A stretch of DNA of 51,675 nt, from positions 1 to 51,675 of the forward strand of contig JBFGUI010000001.1 in the NCBI GenBank assembly GCA_041565695.1, in the 5' to 3' direction. Made by a program: the position numbers and the translations under genes. Positions 20,175 to 29,440 of this stretch are shown piece by piece. The DNA comes from Kiloniellaceae bacterium. GTDB lineage: Bacteria; Pseudomonadota; Alphaproteobacteria; Kiloniellales; Kiloniellaceae. The stretch's first letter is position 1. Every line of letters begins with the position of its first letter. The notes beneath the pieces are model-generated. The model did no database searches, was not told where the DNA came from, and saw only the letters and a program-made list of their open reading frames with translations.

Positions 20175-21394
20175 GCGTTTGCCGCGCCGCGGAACTGCGC
20201 CTCGATCCGCGGCACCAGCACCAGCAGCACGAGACAGAGACAGAGCGCCAGGCTGGTGAGGCCGGCAAAGAGCAGCATCCCGGCCAGCCAGCCGCCGCTC
20301 AGCTCTGTGGCGAGCGCCAGCAGCAGCGGCCCGCCCAGCACCCCCAGATTGCGCCCGGTCATGGTCACGCCAAAGGCGCGCGCCGTCTCCGCCGGGTGCG
20401 CCACCAGATGGGCGGAGAGCGCGAAAAGGCAGGTCGGCGCAATGCCGGCGGTGATGCCGTAGACGGCCAGCGAGGCGAGGCCGCCCAGCCCGCCGCCGGT
20501 CACCGGCAGCAGCCACCAGATCACGCTCTGCACAATGACGGCGCCGAGCAGCAGCTGCTGCGCACGCGCACCGCGCTGCAGCACCACGCCGGTGCTGACG
20601 TTGAAGATGCCGACCAGAACCACGGGGATCAGATAGCCGGTAAGGGCCTGCTCCACCGTCAGGCCCTGCGCTTCCACGAGATAGAGCGGCAGCCAGGTCA
20701 TGTAAGCGACGTACTGGCCGCTCCACAGCATGAAAACCGCGCCGGTAAGCAGCAGGCCGGCCCACTGGGCCCGGCCCCAGCGCGACGCCGGGGCGCTTGC
20801 CTCGGGGCGCAGCGTGGTGCCGCGCGGGCCGCGCTGCATGGCCAGAAAAGTCCACGCGACCAGCAGGCCGGCGAGCAGCAGACCGGCCCACCACAGCCCC
20901 TGCCAGCCGCTGGTCCTGAGGGCCAGCGGGCCGAGCAGCGTGGCGAGCAGCTGGCCGCTCGGCATCCAGGCCGACACCAGTCCGATGACCAGGGCGCGGT
21001 GCTGCGGCAGGGCGTTGGCGGTGGCCAGGGCGGGACCAGCCACCGCCAGGGTGGCGAAGGCGGCGCCCTCCAGTCCGCGGCCGAGCAGCATCATGGCGCC
21101 GGACGCCGGCGCCACCAGGCAGAGCGCGGTGCCCAGTGCCATGACCGGCAGAGCGGCCATGATCAGGCGCAGCGCGCCGCGCCGCGCCACGGCCCGGCCG
21201 ATCGGTACCGAGAGCACGATGCCGAAGGCCGCGAAGATCGACATGAAGCCACCGGCGAGCACACGGTCATAGTGGTAGCTGTCAAGCAGCACCGGCAGCA
21301 CCACCGGCAGCTTGAACTGGCTGTAAGCGGCATAGACGACCAACGCCAGGCCGAGCCCGACCAGGGCGACGTGCGTACGTCGCGGCTCGCTCAC
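20171..21394 (-). CDS. MFS transporter
   Basis: About 12 hydrophobic segments, GRAVARRG motif-A-like loop, GRGLEG; GTG start after GGAGG. Confidence 0.85.
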   Translation of the reverse strand: MSEPRRTHVALVGLGLALVVYAAYSQFKLPVVLPVLLDSYHYDRVLAGGFMSIFAAFGIVLSVPIGRAVARRGALRLIMAALPVMALGTALCLVAPASGAMMLLGRGLEGAAFATLAVAGPALATANALPQHRALVIGLVSAWMPSGQLLATLLGPLALRTSGWQGLWWAGLLLAGLLVAWTFLAMQRGPRGTTLRPEASAPASRWGRAQWAGLLLTGAVFMLWSGQYVAYMTWLPLYLVEAQGLTVEQALTGYLIPVVLVGIFNVSTGVVLQRGARAQQLLLGAVIVQSVIWWLLPVTGGGLGGLASLAVYGITAGIAPTCLFALSAHLVAHPAETARAFGVTMTGRNLGVLGGPLLLALATELSGGWLAGMLLFAGLTSLALCLCLVLLVLVPRIEAQFRGAANA

Positions 21395-21525
21395 GCCGCC
21401 CTCCGGGGCGGACGAAATTTCATTGGGGCGTTCTCAGGCAAAAGGTTAGAGTACCGCGATAATTGCAAATCTATTCGATCGGGCCGCCGGAGCTGGGGGT
21501 GGATGAGGGCAGGCCCATATAGACA

Positions 21526-22389
21526 GTGTCCGACCGAAGGGATACAGGCATTTTGCAGAACGGGTCTGATTTTTTTGTTCGATTTTGGGGTACCCGCGGC
21601 TCGATCTCCTGTCCCGGCGACAGCTACTTGCGGTACGGCGGGAACACTTCCTGTCTGGAGGTGCGCTGCGGCGAAAAGCTGCTGATCTTCGATGCCGGCA
21701 CCGGCCTGCGCCCGCTCGGCCGGCATCTCTGTCAGGACAGTCCTCTGGAAGCCGACATTTTTCTCACCCACACGCACCACGATCACATCACCGGCCTGCC
21801 GTTCTTCGCGCCGTTGTTCGACAAGCGCAACCGCATCCGCCTGTGGGCCGGCCATCTGGCACCGGAACTGACCCTGCACGACGTCCTGGTGCAGTTCATG
21901 AACGCGCCGCTTTTTCCGGTGCCACCGAAGATCTTCGCCGCCAACGTCTCCTTCCACGACTTCACTGCCGGCGACATGCTGGAGCCCAAGCCCGGCGTAC
22001 GTCTGATCACCGCGCCGCTCAACCATCCCAACGGCGCGACCGGCTACCGCGTCGACTTTGCCGGCCACGCGATCTGCTACGTCACCGACACCGAACACGT
22101 CGAGGGCAAGCCGGACCGCAACATCCTCGAACTGATCGACGGAGCCGATCTGGTGATCTACGACAGCACTTATACCGACGACGAGTTCCCGAAGTACCGC
22201 AACTGGGGGCATTCCACCTGGCAGGAGGGCGTGCGCCTCTGCGACAGGGCCGGCGCCGGCAAGCTGGTCATCTTCCACCACGACCCGGGCCACGACGACG
22301 CCTTTATGGACCAGGTCGCCAATGAAGCCGAAGCCGCCCGCCCCGGCACCGTGGTGGCGCGCGAGGGCATGGTCCTGCATCCGGGATGA
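21526..22389 (+). CDS. MBL-fold metallo-hydrolase (RNase Z/PhnP-like phosphodiesterase)
   Basis: FWGTRGS, YGGNTSC, FDAGTG, HxHxDH (THTHHDH), NHP, TDTEH, WGHS, FHHDP; the true start may be TTG 21553. Confidence 0.9.
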   Translation: MSDRRDTGILQNGSDFFVRFWGTRGSISCPGDSYLRYGGNTSCLEVRCGEKLLIFDAGTGLRPLGRHLCQDSPLEADIFLTHTHHDHITGLPFFAPLFDKRNRIRLWAGHLAPELTLHDVLVQFMNAPLFPVPPKIFAANVSFHDFTAGDMLEPKPGVRLITAPLNHPNGATGYRVDFAGHAICYVTDTEHVEGKPDRNILELIDGADLVIYDSTYTDDEFPKYRNWGHSTWQEGVRLCDRAGAGKLVIFHHDPGHDDAFMDQVANEAEAARPGTVVAREGMVLHPG

Positions 22390-22521
22390 CATGGCCCGCC
22401 GCGGCGCCGCAGCCGCCGAAGTCTCACGCAGAAGTGACGTGCAGGTGAGCGCCGGGCGCCGCCATATGGCTTGGCGTAGCGGCACGCCCGGCGTGCCTGG
22501 AGCCTGCAGCGGATAGTGGAG

Positions 22522-23850
22522 ATGCTGAACTGGTGGCGCAAGGATCCGGAAGCCGGCCTGCCGGAGCGGGTGCGCCTTGCCGTGCGCGAACAGGAGGACG
22601 CGACCGAGCGCCTGATCTCCTGGGTGCAGCTCGGCATCGTCGTCATCTTTGGCACGCTCTACCTGCTTTCCCCCAAGCCCGAGGGACTGGGTTTCGCGCC
22701 GGTGCCCTGGGCGCTCGGCATCTACCTGGCGCTGACCCTGATCCGCGTGGCCTGGTCGCACCTGGCGCGCCTGCCGGACTGGTCGCTGGCGGCCTCGGTG
22801 TTCTTCGACATGGCGCTGCTCATGGTGCTGATCTGGTCGTTCCACATTCAGTACGACCAGCCGCCGTCCTTCTATCTGAAGGCGCCGACGCTGCTCTACG
22901 TCTTCATCTTCATCGCGCTGAGGGCGCTGCGCTTCGATGCCCGCTTCGTGATCCTGGCCGGCATCTTCGCCGCCATCGGCTGGGGCGCGCTGATGGCCTA
23001 CGTGGTCTATGCCGACCCCGGCGACACCATGATCACGCGCGACTATGTCGCTTACCTCACCTCCAACTCGGTGCTGCTCGGCGCGGAGTTCGACAAGATC
23101 CTGTCGATCCTGGTAGTCACTGCGCTGATCGCCGTCGCGCTCTACCGCGCCAAGGATCTGCTGCTGCGTGCCTTCTCCGAGCAGACCGCGGCACGCGAGC
23201 TGTCGCGCTTCTTCGATCCGGAGGTGGCCGCACGCATCAAGGGGGCCGACCACCAGATCCGCGCCGGCAGCGGCGAGATGCGCGAGGCGGCGATTCTCAA
23301 CCTCGACATGCGCGGCTTCACCCGCCTGGCCGCGGCGGCGCCGCCGGAGGAGGTCATGGGTCTGCTCGGCGAATACCAGCGCCGCATGGTGCCGGTGATC
23401 CAGCGCCACGGCGGCAGCATCGACAAGTTCCTCGGCGACGGCATCATGGCCACTTTCGGCGCCGCGCATCCGTCGGAAAGCTGTGCCGCGGACGCGCTGG
23501 CGGCGCTGGAGGATGTCATGGAGGCGGCCGAAGACTGGTGCGCGGAAAGTGCGGCCGCCGGCCGCAGCTGTCCGCCGGTCAACGGCGCGGTGGCGACCGG
23601 GCCGATCCTGTTCGGTGCCGTCGGCGACGACACGCGCCTGGAATACACGGTCATCGGCGATGCGGTGAACCTCTCGGCCAAGCTGGAGAAGCACAACAAG
23701 GCGCTGGGCGTGCGCGCGCTCTGCGACCGCGCGACCTACGAAAAGGCGCTGGCGCAGGGCTACAGGCCGCGGGGCGAAAAGCGGCAGCTGGCAGCGCAGC
23801 CGGTCGCCGGCGTGGAAGCGCCGCTCGACCTCGTCGTCATGGCCCCGTGA
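22522..23850 (+). CDS. membrane-bound class III adenylate/guanylate cyclase
   Basis: About 6 N-terminal TM helices; LDMRGFT, IDKFLGDG, EYTVIGDAVN. Confidence 0.92.
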   Translation: MLNWWRKDPEAGLPERVRLAVREQEDATERLISWVQLGIVVIFGTLYLLSPKPEGLGFAPVPWALGIYLALTLIRVAWSHLARLPDWSLAASVFFDMALLMVLIWSFHIQYDQPPSFYLKAPTLLYVFIFIALRALRFDARFVILAGIFAAIGWGALMAYVVYADPGDTMITRDYVAYLTSNSVLLGAEFDKILSILVVTALIAVALYRAKDLLLRAFSEQTAARELSRFFDPEVAARIKGADHQIRAGSGEMREAAILNLDMRGFTRLAAAAPPEEVMGLLGEYQRRMVPVIQRHGGSIDKFLGDGIMATFGAAHPSESCAADALAALEDVMEAAEDWCAESAAAGRSCPPVNGAVATGPILFGAVGDDTRLEYTVIGDAVNLSAKLEKHNKALGVRALCDRATYEKALAQGYRPRGEKRQLAAQPVAGVEAPLDLVVMAP

Positions 23851-23863
23851 AGCGGGCGCTGAT

Positions 23864-25039
23864 CTATTTGTAGGGGTCGGCGGCGTCGCGCAGGCCGTCG
23901 CCCAGGAAGTTGAAGGCCAGCACCACCAGGAACAGCGGCACCACCGGCAGCATCAGCCAGGGATAGAGCACCACCACGTTGATGTCCTGCGCTTCGTAGA
24001 GTACCACGCCCCAGGAAGTGATCGGTGGGCGCAGGCCGATGCCGAGGAAGGACAGCGCCGTCTCGCCGAGGATCGCCGTCGGCACCGCAAGGCTGAGCGA
24101 GGCGATGAGGTGGCTGGTAAAGCTCGGCATCAGGTGGCGGCCGATGACGCGGGCCGGCGAGGCGCCCATCAGCTGCGCCGCGGTGGTGAAGTCCTCCTCG
24201 CGCAGGGAGAGGATCTTGGCGCGCACCGCCCGCGCCAGACCGGGCCATTCGAGAAAGCCGATGATCACCGAGATACCGACGAAGACGCCGATCGGACTCC
24301 AGGTCACCGGCAGCAGCGCCGAGAGCGTCATGAACAGCGGGATCTCCGGGAAGGAGCGGATGATCTCGATGGAGCGCAGGGTGATCGCGTCGGCAAAGCC
24401 GCCGTAGTAACCGGCGATGCCACCGATGATGACGCCCAGCACGAAGGAGATGGCCACCGAGATCAGCGCGATGGTGAGCGAGATGCGCGCGCCGTAGATC
24501 ACGCGGCTCAGCATGTCGCGGCCCAGCCGGTCGGTGCCGAAGAAGAAGGCGGTGCCGCCTTCGGCAGGACAGACGAGGTGCAGGTTCGCCTCGATCTGGC
24601 CCCAGAACTTGTAGCCGTCCCCACGGCAGAAGAAGCGCAGCGGCTGGATTTTGTTCGGATCCGGTTTGTAGACGCGTTTCAGCGACTCCATATCCATCTC
24701 GAAACTGAAGCCGTAAACGAACGGGCCGACGAATTCGCCCTCGTGGAAGAAGTGCAGGGTCTGCGGCGGCGCATGGATGTGCCGGATGTCACGACTGTGC
24801 AGGTTGTAGGGTGCCAGGAACTCGCAGATCACCACGGCGAGATACATGAACAGCAGGAAGGCCCCGGACCACACGGCAACGCGGTGACGGCGGAAGCGCC
24901 ACCACATGATGCGCCACTCGGAGGCCTGGTAATAACGCTCCTGCTGCGGCGTCAGCTGATCGACAGAATCGGGGTCGAAGGGCGCCTTGTTGACATAGTG
25001 CGCCAGGCGCTCGCCGGGCATGAGGTCGCGCTCGCTCAT
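23864..25039 (-). CDS. Opp/Dpp-family ABC transporter permease (OppC-like)
   Basis: FGTDRLGRDMLSR, EAA loop LREEDFTTAAQLMGAS, LSFLGIG, NFLGDGLRDAADP. Confidence 0.93.
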   Translation of the reverse strand: MSERDLMPGERLAHYVNKAPFDPDSVDQLTPQQERYYQASEWRIMWWRFRRHRVAVWSGAFLLFMYLAVVICEFLAPYNLHSRDIRHIHAPPQTLHFFHEGEFVGPFVYGFSFEMDMESLKRVYKPDPNKIQPLRFFCRGDGYKFWGQIEANLHLVCPAEGGTAFFFGTDRLGRDMLSRVIYGARISLTIALISVAISFVLGVIIGGIAGYYGGFADAITLRSIEIIRSFPEIPLFMTLSALLPVTWSPIGVFVGISVIIGFLEWPGLARAVRAKILSLREEDFTTAAQLMGASPARVIGRHLMPSFTSHLIASLSLAVPTAILGETALSFLGIGLRPPITSWGVVLYEAQDINVVVLYPWLMLPVVPLFLVVLAFNFLGDGLRDAADPYK

Positions 25040-26034
25040 TTCGAGGCTCCCTCACCCAGGCGGATGCGCGGATCGAGCACGGCCAGCAGCACATCTGAGA
25101 TGAACACACCGATGACGACCAGCACTGCTTCAAACATCAGAAAGGCGCCGGCCAGGTACATGTCCTGGCTCTGCAGCGAGCGCAGCAGCAGCGGCCCGTT
25201 TGTCGGCAGATCCAGCACGATGGAAACCAGCGCGGCGCCGGAGACCATGGCCGGCAGGATCTGGCCGATGTCGGCGATCAAGTGGTTGAGCGACATGCGC
25301 AGGGGATACTTCAGGATGGTCTTCAGCGGCGACAGGCCCTTGGCGCGCGCCGTGATCACGTACTGGCGCTGCAGCTCGTCCAGCATGTTGGCGCGCAGGC
25401 GCCGGATCATCGCCGCCGTCCCCGAGGTGCCGATCACGATCATCGGGATCCACAGGTGGTTGAGCACCGAGATCGCCTTGTCGAGAGTCCAGGGCGCGTC
25501 GATGTACTGCGGGTCCATCAGCCCGCCGATCGACAGGCCGAGCCAGGAATTGAGGTACCACATCAGCACCAGCGCGAAGAGGAAGTTCGGCATGGCGAGG
25601 CCGAAGTAGCCGACGAAGGTCGCCGCGTAGTCGCCCATGGAGTACTGCCGCACCGCCGAGTAGATGCCGATCGGGAAGGCGACGACGTAGGTGAACAGCG
25701 TGGTGGAGACGGCCAGCAGCGCGGTGAACCAGAAGCGGTCGCCGATCACCTGCACTACCGGCAGCTCGAATTCGAAGGAATAGCCGAGGTCGCCCTGCAG
25801 CAGGCCGAAGAGCCACAGCCAGTACTGCTCGATCAGTGGCTTGTCGAGGCCATACTGCTCGCGCAGAAAGGCGATGCGCGCGGAGTCCATCGACTCGCCC
25901 TGGGCCTGCAGCTCGCTGATCAGGGTTTCCAGATAGTCGCCCGGCGGCAGCTGGATGATGACGAAGACCACCAGGCTGATGACCAGAATGGTCGGGATCA
26001 TCACCAGAAGGCGGCGGGCGAAATAGCTCAGCAT
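25036..26034 (-). CDS. Opp/Dpp-family ABC transporter permease (OppB-like)
   Basis: LPPGD, YGLDKP, GDLGYSF, YVITARAKGL, LDPRIR; start MLSYFARR. Confidence 0.93.
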   Translation of the reverse strand: MLSYFARRLLVMIPTILVISLVVFVIIQLPPGDYLETLISELQAQGESMDSARIAFLREQYGLDKPLIEQYWLWLFGLLQGDLGYSFEFELPVVQVIGDRFWFTALLAVSTTLFTYVVAFPIGIYSAVRQYSMGDYAATFVGYFGLAMPNFLFALVLMWYLNSWLGLSIGGLMDPQYIDAPWTLDKAISVLNHLWIPMIVIGTSGTAAMIRRLRANMLDELQRQYVITARAKGLSPLKTILKYPLRMSLNHLIADIGQILPAMVSGAALVSIVLDLPTNGPLLLRSLQSQDMYLAGAFLMFEAVLVVIGVFISDVLLAVLDPRIRLGEGASK

Positions 26035-26038
26035 GGAA

Positions 26039-27988
26039 TCAGACTTCAGCCTTCTCTTGCGGCCGCTCGGCGGGCAGGTCCTGCGGATGGCGCCGCGACA
26101 GCTGCTCCGCGGAGTCATCGGCGGCCCGCACCCAGTGCCCGCCGCCGAGGTCGACCATGGTCAGGCGGCTGCTGCCGTTGATGCGAAAGGGCTCCGGCCA
26201 CTGCGAAGGATTGGAGGCACGGCCTTCCATCAGCGCGGTGAGGTCGAGGCGCTGCTCGAGACTCGGCTCCGGCACCGCCGCCAGCAGCGCCTTGGTGTAG
26301 GGGTGCACCGGGGCGCGGAACAGCAGCTCACGCGGCGCCACCTCGACCAGGCGGCCGCGGCACATGACCGCGATGCGGTCGGCGATGTAGTCGACCACCG
26401 CCAGGTTGTGGCTGATGAAGATATAGGTCAGCCCCATGTCCTGCTGCAGATCCTTCAGCAGGTTCAGCACCTGCGCCTGGATCGACACGTCGAGGGCGGA
26501 GACCGGTTCGTCGCAGATCAGCAGCTGCGGCTTCAGCGCCAGGGCGCGGGCGATGCCGATGCGCTGGCGCTGGCCGCCGGAGAAGCTGTGCGGATAGCGG
26601 CGGGTGTGCTGCCGGTTGAGGCCGACGACGCCCATCAACTCCTCGACGATATGGCGCCGCTCGGCGGGCGTGCCGATGCCGTGGATGACCAGCGGTTCGG
26701 CCAGGATGTCGCCCACGGTCATGCGCGGGTTGAGCGAGGAGAAGGGGTCCTGGAAGACGAACTGGATCTTCTTGCGGAAGGCCATGAGCTCCTCGCCGCC
26801 GAGGCCCAGCACGTCGATCTTCTCCCGGCCGTCGCCGCAGAAGTGGATGCTGCCTTCGTCGGGCTTCAGCGCGCGCATGATCATCTTGGACAGCGTGGTC
26901 TTGCCGCAGCCGCTTTCGCCGACCAGGCCCAGGCACTCGCCCGGCCTGACCGTGAAGCTGACGTCGTCGACCGCCAGCTGATTGCCTTCGGTGCTGCCGT
27001 CCAAGATGCCGGACTTGCGGATTCGGAAGCGCTTGGTGACGTGGCTGACCTGCAGCAGCCAGTCGCAATCCCCGCTGCGCTGCGGCGCGGTCCGCGAGAG
27101 GAAGCTGCCGGAATCGCGCTTCTTGATCTCGCGGATCGGCACCAAGCGCTCACCCGGCTTCATGTGAAAGCGCGGCACCGCGTGCAGCAGGGCGTTGAGA
27201 TAGGGATGTTGTGGTGCCCGGAAGATGTCCTCCAGGCTGCCGCTTTCCATCACCTCGCCGTGGTACATCACCACCACTTCGTCGGCGACGTTGGCAACCA
27301 CGCCCAGGTCGTGGGTGATGATCAGCACGGCCATGCCGAGCTCGTCCTGCAGATCCTTGATCAGCTTCAGGATCTGCGCCTGGATGGTGACGTCCAGCGC
27401 GGTGGTCGGCTCGTCGGCGATCAGCAGCGCGGGGCGACAGACCAGGGCCATGGCGATCATGGCGCGCTGACGCAGACCGCCCGAGAGCTCGAAGGGATAG
27501 GTCTTCAACGCCTTTCCCGGGTCCGGAAATCCGACCAGCCGCAGCATCTCCGTGGCCAGGGCGCGGCCCTCGGCCTTGCTGACCTCGCGGTGCAGGTGCA
27601 GCGCCTCGCAGATCTGGTTGCCCACCGTGTGCACCGGCGAGAGGGAGGTCATCGGCTCCTGGAAGATGATCGAGATCCGGTCGCCACGGATCGCCCGCAT
27701 CTCGGGGCTGTCGGGCGCCAGGGCGGCGATGTCGATCATGGTCTCGGCACGGTCGGCGGCGAGTTCCGCGTCGTGGAACAGGATACGGCCGGCGTCGATG
27801 CGGGCGGTGCGGGGCAGGATGCCCATGATCGCCTGACTGACCACGGACTTGCCGGAGCCCGATTCGCCGACCAGGGCCACGGTCTTGCCGGCGGGCACCC
27901 GGAAACTGACGCCGCGGACCGCCTCGAGGCGGCCTTCCGGCAGATCGAAGCTGATCCGCAGATCCCTTATGCGCAGCAGGTCCCGCAC
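26039..27988 (-). CDS. Opp/Dpp-family ABC ATPase with two fused NBDs
   Basis: GESGSGKS / LSGGLRQR / ADEPTT and GESGCGKT / FSGGQRQR / CDEPVS; two HPY motifs. Confidence 0.95.
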   Translation of the reverse strand: MRDLLRIRDLRISFDLPEGRLEAVRGVSFRVPAGKTVALVGESGSGKSVVSQAIMGILPRTARIDAGRILFHDAELAADRAETMIDIAALAPDSPEMRAIRGDRISIIFQEPMTSLSPVHTVGNQICEALHLHREVSKAEGRALATEMLRLVGFPDPGKALKTYPFELSGGLRQRAMIAMALVCRPALLIADEPTTALDVTIQAQILKLIKDLQDELGMAVLIITHDLGVVANVADEVVVMYHGEVMESGSLEDIFRAPQHPYLNALLHAVPRFHMKPGERLVPIREIKKRDSGSFLSRTAPQRSGDCDWLLQVSHVTKRFRIRKSGILDGSTEGNQLAVDDVSFTVRPGECLGLVGESGCGKTTLSKMIMRALKPDEGSIHFCGDGREKIDVLGLGGEELMAFRKKIQFVFQDPFSSLNPRMTVGDILAEPLVIHGIGTPAERRHIVEELMGVVGLNRQHTRRYPHSFSGGQRQRIGIARALALKPQLLICDEPVSALDVSIQAQVLNLLKDLQQDMGLTYIFISHNLAVVDYIADRIAVMCRGRLVEVAPRELLFRAPVHPYTKALLAAVPEPSLEQRLDLTALMEGRASNPSQWPEPFRINGSSRLTMVDLGGGHWVRAADDSAEQLSRRHPQDLPAERPQEKAEV

Positions 27989-28045
27989 CGGCTAATCCCT
28001 GTTTCCCTTGGCATTCTTGTTGGTTCGTATCGTGCCTGCGTTGCG

Positions 28046-28074
28046 TTTATAGGACGTTTGGCCGCAATTGGCAC
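28046..28074 (-). promoter_or_regulatory. possible internal promoter for the importer genes
   Basis: GTGCCA-N17-TATAAA on the minus strand in an AT-richer 136-bp gap. Confidence 0.3.
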
Positions 28075-28124
28075 CCATCAGGTGGCTTTGTTCCACCCTT
28101 CGGTTTGTCTTTTCCCGCACCGGT

Positions 28125-28640
28125 TTATGCCGTCCCGCCGGGGCCGTCGCCCGCGGGATCGACGCCAAGTTCGATCAGGTTGTTCGCCGTGGCCGGGTCG
28201 AGCGGCAGGCCCCTGGCGCGCATCGCCGCCGCGGCGCGCTCGGCCAGCCAGTCGAAGCCCTCGATGGAGGATTCGAAGGTCATGGCGATGCCGGCGCCCT
28301 TGAGGGTGAGTTGCATGAAGCCGCTGGGCAGGGGCCGCCACTTGGTCTTTCGGCTGCCGAAATAGCGCAGCCTGGCACTTTCGATCTGCGCCCAGGGCAG
28401 CACTTTGGTGGTGATCCCGCGGTAGGCGATCTCGTTCTCAGTCACTGCGACCCGCAGGCCGTGGCGCTGGGCCGTGCGCAGCCCGAAGACCGCGAAGAGG
28501 GTGGCCAGGGCGCCGAAGATCACGACCACCACCGGGTTCGGCGGCACCGCCAGCAGCACCCCCAGACCGACGAACAACCCGGCGGCACTGCGCAGGTAGT
28601 CGCCGAACAGGGCCCGCGGCGGATAGCGGAACTCCTTCAT
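28125..28640 (-). CDS. hypothetical membrane protein (two TM helices plus possible bacterial PH-like domain)
   Basis: Two hydrophobic helices, then V-A-V-T...I.Y.G....LPW..I pattern; 4-nt overlap with upstream gene. Confidence 0.75.
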   Translation of the reverse strand: MKEFRYPPRALFGDYLRSAAGLFVGLGVLLAVPPNPVVVVIFGALATLFAVFGLRTAQRHGLRVAVTENEIAYRGITTKVLPWAQIESARLRYFGSRKTKWRPLPSGFMQLTLKGAGIAMTFESSIEGFDWLAERAAAAMRARGLPLDPATANNLIELGVDPAGDGPGGTA

Positions 28641-29440
28641 CGCGCCGCCTCGCGGGGCGTGGCGGTTCCTGGCGGCGCGGCGAAGACGGCGTCGGCCCGC
28701 AGCAGGCGGACCGCCGGGTGGGCGGCGAGGCAGGCGAGCAGCCGGTCGAGAAAGCTCCAGGCCGCGGCGTCATGCACCTTGTGGTGGCTGAGGATGCCGC
28801 TTGGCTCGGCCGCGTCGGCGCGGCCCTGGCGCTTGGCGGCGAGGTGTTCGCACAGCAGGCCGAGGGCCTCTTCGGTGCCGAGGAAGCCGCGTTCGGGCCG
28901 CCAGCGCAGCAGGTCCAGGTGGCAGTTCACCTGGACCAGGCCGGGCACCGGCGCGGCGCTCGCACGGGCGGTGTAGCAGGAAAGGCCGACAAAGCCGAGG
29001 CCGGGCAGCTGCGCCATAAGGTCGTTGGCAAGGCGGTTCCAGGGCGGCACCAGCACCGGCCGGAAGCGGGCCGCGAACAGCCGGTCGAGGCTTTCCCGGC
29101 CGCGGCTCAGCTCGTCGAGCACCGCCGGGCGCGCGGCCGGGCTCACCAGCTCGCACTTCTTGGCGCCGGGGCCGGCGCGGTTCTTGTGGGCGTAGCCGTG
29201 CTGCAGCACGTTGGTGTCGGCCGCGTGGTCGCGCAGGCGTTCGGCGAGCGCCGCGCCGGCGCCGTCCGGGATCACCGCCAGCGCCAGCGGCACCCGCCGC
29301 GCGGCCGCCAGGTCGAGCAACCGGGTCAGCGCCGGGCCCGGCGTCGTGGCGTCGTCATCGCGCCACCACACCTGGACCGCACGTCCGGCTGCGCTCCAGG
29401 CATCGAATTCCCTTTCGAGCCGGTCCCAGGCGTCGCTCAT
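28637..29440 (-). CDS. polysaccharide deacetylase (CE4/NodB-like)
   Basis: WWRDDD, LAVIP, QHGYAH, VPPWN, SHH; no signal peptide. Confidence 0.85.
   Translation of the reverse strand: MSDAWDRLEREFDAWSAAGRAVQVWWRDDDATTPGPALTRLLDLAAARRVPLALAVIPDGAGAALAERLRDHAADTNVLQHGYAHKNRAGPGAKKCELVSPAARPAVLDELSRGRESLDRLFAARFRPVLVPPWNRLANDLMAQLPGLGFVGLSCYTARASAAPVPGLVQVNCHLDLLRWRPERGFLGTEEALGLLCEHLAAKRQGRADAAEPSGILSHHKVHDAAAWSFLDRLLACLAAHPAVRLLRADAVFAAPPGTATPREAAR

Noticed and set aside
21526-23850. Pycsar/CBASS-type anti-phage system (cyclase + MBL + cNBD)
   Set aside because: The cyclase is membrane-anchored with ATP-specifying residues, the cNBD has no TIR or TM effector fusion, and composition is host-like rather than defence-island-like
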